From positions 46,603 to 57,924 of the forward strand of contig JABUBF010000004.1 of the NCBI GenBank assembly GCA_013306035.1: a DNA stretch of 11,322 nt, in the 5' to 3' direction. Source of the DNA: Nitrososphaerota archaeon. Its GTDB lineage: Archaea; Thermoproteota; Nitrososphaeria; Nitrososphaerales; UBA57. This document shows positions 6,582 to 11,322 of this stretch, in pieces. Both the position numbers and the translations under genes were made by a program. Within the stretch, counting starts at the first letter, position 1. Each line of letters opens with the position of its first letter. The notes under the pieces are model-generated. The model was not told the origin of the DNA and did not search any database. It saw nothing but the letters and a program-made list of their open reading frames with translations.

Positions 6582-7409
6582 CTGAAATTTGGATTATCCA
6601 TTCCCGTTACAATTGGTAAGAATTGGAAGAATAAATTACTAGAGATATTACCTTTGATTGAAGAAGCAGGAATTTCTTCTTTATTGGTGTGGGATCATTA
6701 TATGCTTCCAGAAAAGTATGGTATTGAGAGCAACAACACGATAGATGCATGGATATTGTTATCATTTATAGCTGCGAACACAACAAAAATAAAAATTGGA
6801 ACATGTGTAACACCCATTCCTTTTCGGCCACCACAACAATTAGCAAAGGTTGTTTCATCCGTTGATAACATTTCAGACGGTAGAGTCATCCTAGGAGTAG
6901 GTGCAGGATGGCACAAACCAGAATTTGATGCATATAGTACATGGGATGATTCGAAAGTTCGTTATGAAAAAACTGTGGAAGGATTAGAAATTATGAAAAA
7001 ACTTTGGACAGGAGAGATAGTAAATTTTAGTGGAAAATATTATAAGATTAAGAATGCGATTTTACAGCCAAAGCCCATTCAGAAACCATTTCCAGAATTA
7101 TGGTTTGGTACAACTGGAAATAAAATGTTAAAATTAATGACCGAGTATGGATCGGCATGGATACCTGTAGGAATATCGTCCAAAGATTATTCAGAGCGTG
7201 TAAAATATATTAAAGAAATTTCAAAAAAAAATATTTGTTTAACTTATTATGATCATAGAGACATGGAATCTTACGATGTAAACAAAGTAGTCGATGAATT
7301 TGAATTAGTTGGTTGTGAATATTTTATCGGGTTGTTAAGATATGAATCAGAAGATATTAAACAAAAATTAAGAAAGTTTATGGATGTTATTTCATCTTAT
7401 AATAAATAG
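6582..7409 (+). CDS. Luciferase-like monooxygenase (LLM) / F420- or flavin-dependent oxidoreductase family protein. The conserved N-terminus begins at a CTG (6582); the first canonical start is TTG 6654
   Basis: LLM hallmarks: (x)KFGLSIP first strand, LLVWDHYM, KIKIGTCVTPIPFRPPQQLAKVVSSVDNISDGRVILGVGAGW, PKPIQKPFPELWFG. The start is ambiguous, see finding. Confidence 0.75.
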   Translation: MKFGLSIPVTIGKNWKNKLLEILPLIEEAGISSLLVWDHYMLPEKYGIESNNTIDAWILLSFIAANTTKIKIGTCVTPIPFRPPQQLAKVVSSVDNISDGRVILGVGAGWHKPEFDAYSTWDDSKVRYEKTVEGLEIMKKLWTGEIVNFSGKYYKIKNAILQPKPIQKPFPELWFGTTGNKMLKLMTEYGSAWIPVGISSKDYSERVKYIKEISKKNICLTYYDHRDMESYDVNKVVDEFELVGCEYFIGLLRYESEDIKQKLRKFMDVISSYNK

Positions 7410-7507
7410 TGGGCACGCCCGGATTTGAACCGGGGACCTTCGCCATGTCAAGGCGATATCCTAAACCATTCTAGGAGTTTGATCAACTCTGGCTAGACGA
7501 CGCGCCC
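7410..7507 (-). tRNA. tRNA-Val (anticodon GAC) with a roughly 22-nt non-canonical intron in the D-loop; no encoded CCA
   Basis: Hand-folded reverse complement. Acceptor GGGCGCG/CGUGCCC (one G-U) with discriminator A. D-stem GUCU/GGAU. Anticodon arm UCGCC-UUGACAU-GGCGA. Variable loop AGGUC. T-arm CCCGG-UUCAAAU-CCGGG. The mature length is 76 nt once the insertion is removed. Confidence 0.8.
7469..7490 (-). other. Putative tRNA intron (AGAGUUGAUCAAACUCCUAGAA, or the same 22 nt shifted because of a flanking CUAG direct repeat) within the D-loop of tRNA-Val
   Basis: Without removing about 22 nt the D-loop would be 33 nt long. The insert forms its own hairpin (GAGUU/AACUC), and its 3' part CUAGA pairs with exon UCUAG. 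Exact splice sites are not determinable by eye. Confidence 0.55.
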
Positions 7508-7530
7508 CTGATATGATGAAAGGAGAAAGT

Positions 7531-7537
7531 TATTTAA
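7531..7537 (-). promoter_or_regulatory. TATA-like box (TTAAATA on the minus strand) for tRNA-Val
   Basis: Centred about 27 nt upstream of tRNA position +1 (7507) on the minus strand. Confidence 0.35.
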
Positions 7538-7573
7538 TTGTTATAGTATTACAGTTATTTTTTTATCAGATTC

Positions 7574-7580
7574 TATAAAT
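7574..7580 (+). promoter_or_regulatory. TATA box (TATAAAT) for the HTH regulator gene; predicts a leaderless mRNA
   Basis: Centre about 26 nt upstream of ATG 7603. No SD-like element lies in between. Confidence 0.4.
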
Positions 7581-7602
7581 AGTATAAAAATACAAGATAT
7601 CT

Positions 7603-7986
7603 ATGCTTCTTCATAGTGAGGTTGAGGCTCAAGCAGTAATTCCTTTTCTACGTACAACCGTAGCAAAAATATTGATTGATAAATATGGATTAACGCAGCA
7701 ACAATCTGCAAAGAAGATGGGTATTACACAGGCAACAATCAGTAATTATATGAACCGTAGTAGGGAAAATATTGAATTGTATTTGATCACAAATCGTATT
7801 CAAACATATTCAGAACAAATAGCTGATGCCATTATGAATGAAAGTAGTGAGATTATTGTGGGTGAGAAGTTTGAAGTTGCATTGAAGTTTATTCGTGAAC
7901 AAGGAATAATATATGATTTACATCAAGAATTGGAGAATAATCATACCATAAAAGACTGTCCACTTTGTTCCAGTAGGCGTAAATAA
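7603..7986 (+). CDS. Small XRE-type helix-turn-helix transcriptional regulator (archaeal-type), 127 aa, with a C-terminal CxxC
   Basis: HTH segment GLTQQQSAKKMGITQATISNYMNRSR. N-terminal AQAVIPFLRTTVAKILIDKYG resembles small archaeal XRE-like regulators. C-terminal CPLCSS. Confidence 0.65.
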   Translation: MLLHSEVEAQAVIPFLRTTVAKILIDKYGLTQQQSAKKMGITQATISNYMNRSRENIELYLITNRIQTYSEQIADAIMNESSEIIVGEKFEVALKFIREQGIIYDLHQELENNHTIKDCPLCSSRRK

Positions 7987-8020
7987 AGATTTTTCAAGTT
8001 AGATTAAGAGATGAATAGTA

Positions 8021-9700
8021 ATGTCAAATGATATAGTAAATAGTAAATATTTTTTCTATTTATTGCGGTTCCAGGTGTTCATATCCGGCGCATCTGTAAT
8101 GGGCTTGGAATTACTTGGAAGTAGGTTAATATCTCCATATTTTGGGAACACATTGTTTGTATGGGGTAGTTTAATCGGCATTACATTAACTGGATTAAGT
8201 GCGGGATATGCTTATGGAGGAAAAAAATCTGATCAAAAAGCTTCGTATCAAATATTTTCTTTATTAATCTTTATCGCAGGAAGTTATACATTACTTTCTA
8301 CGTTATTAGCAGCAGAAATTTTCAAGATTATTTTATTATTTAAAATAGGTGAAATATATGGGCCATTAATTTTTAGTATCGTGTTTTTATTAGTTCCTAC
8401 TTTTTTGTTAGGTGCAGTAACTCCTTTTGCAATAAAATTAAGTACAAAATCGATGAAGACAATTGGACAAACAGCAGGAAATTTATATTCATTATCAACT
8501 GTAGGAAGCATTTTTGGGACATTTGTAACAACATTTATTCTTGTTCCAATAGTAGGTGTTGATATAATATTATATTCGATCAGTGTAATTTTAATAATAT
8601 CTGCAATCATGGGAATTTCTAAGCAAATCAAAGTAATTGCAATAATTTTAATTTGTATATCAATGTATTCTGCAATATTTGTACAGGCACCGTTAGCAGG
8701 AATAGTATTTGAAAAAGACACGCAATATCATAGATTACTAGTACATGATGATTCGGTAACCAATATACGAACATTAATTTTGGATAATAATTTCCACAGT
8801 GCAATGGATCTAGACGATAGGCATAGAATAGTGTATGAATATACTAAATATTTTCATTTAGGGTTATTATTCACAAATGATGCACAAAACGTTTTGTTTA
8901 TTGGAGGTGGGGGTTTTTCCGCGCCAAAGAAGTTTCATGCGGATTATCCGGAAATGAATATTGATGTCGTTGAGATTGATAAAGATGTTGTTAGTGCAGG
9001 AGAAGAGTTCTTTTTTGTTCTACAAGATGAACGTCTCGAAATAACTACAGATGATGGTCGAATTTTTCTTAGAAAAACAGATAAGAAATACGATATCATT
9101 GTACTGGATGCATATGATAAAACCTATGTTCCTTTTCATTTAATGACAAGAGAATTTCATCAACTAGTATCAGATCATTTGACAGATGATGGCGTATTGA
9201 TTTCTAACATCATTACTTCAATAGATGGTGATTCAGCAACTTTGTTTTTATCTGAATTAAAAACGATGGATAGTGTTTATTCGAATATTCATATATATCC
9301 TGTTGTATCAGAACAAGAAAAAATAATACAGAATATAATTGTAGTTGCTCAAAATAAAGAAAGTAGAGTTACAAAATTTGAGTTGTTATCACGTCAAGAG
9401 AATATTGAAGTAGATTTATCAGAAGAAATAGAAAAAGAGTACAAAGGAACTTTAGAATTTAATTCTTACAAAATTTTGGAGGACAACTTTGCTCCTGTAG
9501 AGAATTATCTTAATCCATTAACTGGGAAACAATATGTCAAAAGAATTATTTTAGAAGATGGAATTGCTATTGAAATATTAGATAATAATGAGCAGAATTG
9601 GAATAGTGAATTGAGTGTAAATCAGTTTTTATTTGTACTAATATCAGCAATTGTATTGGCATATTCGATTTATTCATATAGTTATATTGATAAAAACTAG
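8021..9700 (+). CDS. Membrane-fused spermidine/spermine synthase-like protein: N-terminal polytopic membrane domain, aminopropyl/methyltransferase-fold domain, C-terminal TM helix; 559 aa
   Basis: About 7 hydrophobic helices in the first 220 aa or so. Rossmann-type VLFIGGGGFSAPKKF, VVEIDKDVV and DIIVLDAYD are typical of the spermidine synthase family. Terminal TM segment LFVLISAIVLAYSIYSY. GAGATGA SD-like element lies 6 nt before the ATG. Confidence 0.8.
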   Translation: MSNDIVNSKYFFYLLRFQVFISGASVMGLELLGSRLISPYFGNTLFVWGSLIGITLTGLSAGYAYGGKKSDQKASYQIFSLLIFIAGSYTLLSTLLAAEIFKIILLFKIGEIYGPLIFSIVFLLVPTFLLGAVTPFAIKLSTKSMKTIGQTAGNLYSLSTVGSIFGTFVTTFILVPIVGVDIILYSISVILIISAIMGISKQIKVIAIILICISMYSAIFVQAPLAGIVFEKDTQYHRLLVHDDSVTNIRTLILDNNFHSAMDLDDRHRIVYEYTKYFHLGLLFTNDAQNVLFIGGGGFSAPKKFHADYPEMNIDVVEIDKDVVSAGEEFFFVLQDERLEITTDDGRIFLRKTDKKYDIIVLDAYDKTYVPFHLMTREFHQLVSDHLTDDGVLISNIITSIDGDSATLFLSELKTMDSVYSNIHIYPVVSEQEKIIQNIIVVAQNKESRVTKFELLSRQENIEVDLSEEIEKEYKGTLEFNSYKILEDNFAPVENYLNPLTGKQYVKRIILEDGIAIEILDNNEQNWNSELSVNQFLFVLISAIVLAYSIYSYSYIDKN

Positions 9701-9711
9701 ATGTGTGAGAA

Positions 9712-11121
9712 TTGACTGAATTTCAAGTTGTTGTGATAGGGGCAGGTCCAGGAGGTTATCTAACTGCTATAAAATTATCACAGTTAGGTCAGAAAGTAGC
9801 ATTAATTGAGAATGATAAACTTGGTGGAGAATGTTTGAATTATGGATGTATACCATCGAAAACTATGATCAATACGAGTGATATGTATCATAAAATGTCT
9901 GATTTATCCACACAGGGAATAGAATTCGAATCAGTAAAAGTAGATTTAGAGACATTTCAGACGTGGAAGAATTCTATTACAAAAAAATTAAGGGGGGGCA
10001 TAGATCTATTATGTAAAAATTATGGAGTTGAAATTGTTTTTGGAACCGCTAAAATAAGAAACCCAAATTTAGTTGAGGTCATAAATGGAGAGAATAAGAA
10101 AGAAATTTCTACAGAATATATAATAATTGCAACGGGTTCGCGTGCAAAAGATTTAGAAGATTTAAGATTTGACGGTAATCAAATTATTTCGGCAAAGGAT
10201 GTATTGGATTTAAATAAAGTTCCAAAATCAATGTTAATAGTTGGAGGTGGAGCCATAGGATTAGAATTAGGAACCGCATTGGCAAAATTTGGAACACAGG
10301 TAACAATTATAGAAATAACTGACAAACTTTTGCCTGATATTGAACAAGATTTAGTAAATGTTATTGAGAGATCAGCAGATGAAATTGGAATAAAGGTTTT
10401 GTTGAATTCAAGAATTACAGAGATCAGTAAAGAATCTGAAGTTGTTGTGAGTATAAAAAATAATGACAATGTATCGAATGAAAAGTTTGAGAAAGTATTA
10501 GTGGCAGTTGGTAGACGCGCGAATGTTGAGAAGTTAGGACTAGAAGAAATTGGTATAAAATTCAATAGTAATGGATTCATACAAGTAGATGATAAAATGC
10601 AGACAAATGTTTCAAATGTATTTGCAATTGGAGATGTAGTAGGGCCTCCATGGTTAGCTCATAAAGCATACATGCAGGGACGAAAACTTGCTTATCATAT
10701 TGCAAAAATTCCAGCAAATATACAAATAAAGAATATTCCTTATGCAGTTTATACTGAACCTGAAATAGCGTCGGTGGGATTGACTGAAGAGAGTGCATTG
10801 GAACAGAAATATGATATTCGTGTGGGAAAATTTCAATTTGCAGCAAATGCCAGAGCATTGACATCAGATGATGGTAAAGGATTTGCGAAAGTAGTCGTGG
10901 ATAACAGTACTCATAAGGTTTTAGGAGTTCATATAGTGGGGAAAAATGCGTCAGAATTGATCAGTGAAGGAGTATTGGGGTTAAATATTGGAATGAAAAT
11001 TGAAGATATAGAAAGTTCAATTCATCCACATCCAACATTAACGGAAGCGTTATTTGAAGCCGCATTAGTAAGTTTAGATAAATCAGTTCATTCGTTCATA
11101 AAGAAGTCTAAGTCAGAATAA
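9712..11121 (+). CDS. lpdA: Dihydrolipoamide dehydrogenase-type flavoprotein disulfide reductase, 469 aa, TTG start
   Basis: FAD-binding VVVIGAGPGGY. Redox-active disulfide GGECLNYGCIPSK. NAD-binding VGGGAIGLELG. C-terminal His-Glu dyad HPHPTLTE. There is no in-frame ATG before the GxGxxG motif. Confidence 0.85.
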   Translation: MTEFQVVVIGAGPGGYLTAIKLSQLGQKVALIENDKLGGECLNYGCIPSKTMINTSDMYHKMSDLSTQGIEFESVKVDLETFQTWKNSITKKLRGGIDLLCKNYGVEIVFGTAKIRNPNLVEVINGENKKEISTEYIIIATGSRAKDLEDLRFDGNQIISAKDVLDLNKVPKSMLIVGGGAIGLELGTALAKFGTQVTIIEITDKLLPDIEQDLVNVIERSADEIGIKVLLNSRITEISKESEVVVSIKNNDNVSNEKFEKVLVAVGRRANVEKLGLEEIGIKFNSNGFIQVDDKMQTNVSNVFAIGDVVGPPWLAHKAYMQGRKLAYHIAKIPANIQIKNIPYAVYTEPEIASVGLTEESALEQKYDIRVGKFQFAANARALTSDDGKGFAKVVVDNSTHKVLGVHIVGKNASELISEGVLGLNIGMKIEDIESSIHPHPTLTEALFEAALVSLDKSVHSFIKKSKSE

Positions 11122-11143
11122 TTAAAAAAAAATAAAAAAATTT
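11122..11143 (-). terminator. Oligo-T tract on the minus strand (T7-A-T9), a candidate intrinsic archaeal terminator for the minus-strand basic-repeat gene
   Basis: The plus strand reads ttaaaaaaaaataaaaaaattt. On the minus strand this is a long U-run downstream of the minus-strand stop codons (11190 and 11233). The plus strand has only a T3 run, so the signal looks unidirectional. Confidence 0.35.
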
Positions 11144-11192
11144 AGAATCCTACCAAGAAACACGAAATTAATTTAATGTATAGATTAAACTA

Positions 11193-11322
11193 ACGTTTGC
11201 GTTTAGCTGCTTTTCGTTTAGGAGCGTTGCGTTTAGCTGCTTTGCGTTTTGGTGCTGCTTTCTTCCGTTGGAGCTGCCTTACGCTTTGGAGCTGCTTTAC
11301 GCTTTACTGCCTTACGCTTTGG
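11193..11322. repeat. Imperfect tandem 15-18-nt repeats (units such as cttacgctttggagctgc and gcgtttagctgcttt)
   Basis: Directly visible periodic reuse of gcgttt/acgcttt + agctgc/ggagctgc blocks. This corresponds to K-R-K-A-A(-P) peptide repeats on the minus strand. Confidence 0.7.
11233..11322 (-). CDS. 3' end of a gene that continues beyond the window and encodes a Lys/Arg/Ala/Pro-rich basic repeat tail (...PKRKAVKRKAAPKRKAAPTEESSTKTQSS*)
   Basis: Open minus-strand frame running in from the window edge with PKRKAA-type repeats and a TAA stop at 11233-11235. The same repeat continues in another frame down to TAG 11190-11192, see finding. Product identity is unknown because the gene is truncated. 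Confidence 0.45.
   Translation of the reverse strand, partial: PKRKAVKRKAAPKRKAAPTEESSTKTQSS

Noticed and set aside
7457-7476. Alternative D-arm CCUA-GAAUGGUU-UAGG (a perfect 4-bp stem) using part of the inserted segment of the tRNA
   Set aside because: It would leave 3 nt between the D-stem and the anticodon stem and about 25 extra nt between the acceptor and D-stem, which is incompatible with a tRNA cloverleaf. It may instead be part of the pre-tRNA structure recognised for splicing.
7508-7519. C-box-like AUGAUGA (7513-7519) preceded by CUGA (7508-7511), suggesting a C/D-box sRNA next to the tRNA
   Set aside because: No D box (CUGA) lies at the expected 40-60 nt downstream on the plus strand, and there are no C'/D' boxes or terminal stem. 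The segment is more simply the tRNA 5' leader and promoter spacer.
8284-8721. 145-aa minus-strand ORF inside the membrane domain of the spermidine-synthase-like gene
   Set aside because: It is antisense to a hydrophobic coding region, which commonly yields long open Ile/Asn-rich frames in AT-rich genomes. It has no independent signals.
9701-9715. Mini-ORF ATG TGT GAG AAT TGA overlapping the lpd TTG start
   Set aside because: It has four codons and no supporting signals. It most likely arose by chance, and its GTGAGA is better explained as the SD-like element for lpd.
9992-9998. G7 homopolymer inside lpd (AGG GGG GGC) as a possible slippage or phase-variation site
   Set aside because: The reading frame is intact across it and encodes a plausible R-G-G. 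A single homopolymer in a housekeeping gene is not evidence of phase variation. It is only a place to double-check for sequencing errors.
10179-10864. Three minus-strand ORFs (133, 95 and 60 aa) inside the lpd gene
   Set aside because: All lie within the well-supported Lpd reading frame on the opposite strand, with no motifs, promoters or SD-like elements.
1-11322. Search for CRISPR arrays, IS/transposase or integrase genes, toxin-antitoxin pairs, restriction-modification or other defence modules, rRNA genes and prophage remnants
   Set aside because: No spaced direct repeats, no terminal inverted repeats and no ORFs with nuclease, transposase or integrase-like motifs were seen. All sizeable ORFs are accounted for by housekeeping or conserved hypothetical families. 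Although a tRNA gene is present, no integrase or attachment-site-like repeat of its 3' end lies within the window.

Overview
AT-rich, very gene-dense archaeal chromosomal segment. It is probably from a Nitrososphaerota/Thaumarchaeota (Nitrosopumilus-like) genome. That inference rests on adjacent TFS and PCNA genes, TATA boxes about 25 nt upstream of start codons, an intron-containing tRNA and the base composition. I support 14 protein genes plus one partial gene at the right edge: TFS, PCNA, a QueT-family transporter component, divergent nadC/nadA, a GalT-like HIT transferase, YjbQ/UPF0047, a membrane-anchored coiled-coil/CARDB-like protein, msrA, a luciferase-like (LLM) oxidoreductase, an XRE-type HTH regulator, a membrane-fused spermidine-synthase-like protein, dihydrolipoamide dehydrogenase, and a basic-repeat protein tail. 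There is also one tRNA-Val(GAC) interrupted by a roughly 22-nt insertion in the D-loop. The content is mostly housekeeping. I see no CRISPR array, transposase, integrase, toxin-antitoxin pair or recognisable defence island. The best lead is a GC-rich, pseudoknot-capable 5' leader in front of the QueT-family gene (1149-1206), which may be a riboswitch-like element in an archaeon. Other items worth a second look are the non-canonical tRNA intron, an LLM gene whose conserved N-terminus has no canonical start codon and lies in frame with msrA, and an out-of-frame continuation of the Lys/Arg/Ala repeat gene at the right edge. Also worth a look are three convergent gene pairs with almost no spacer and a high share of TTG/GTG starts. 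All folds, motif matches and family assignments were made by eye from the sequence and the supplied translations. No searches were run.
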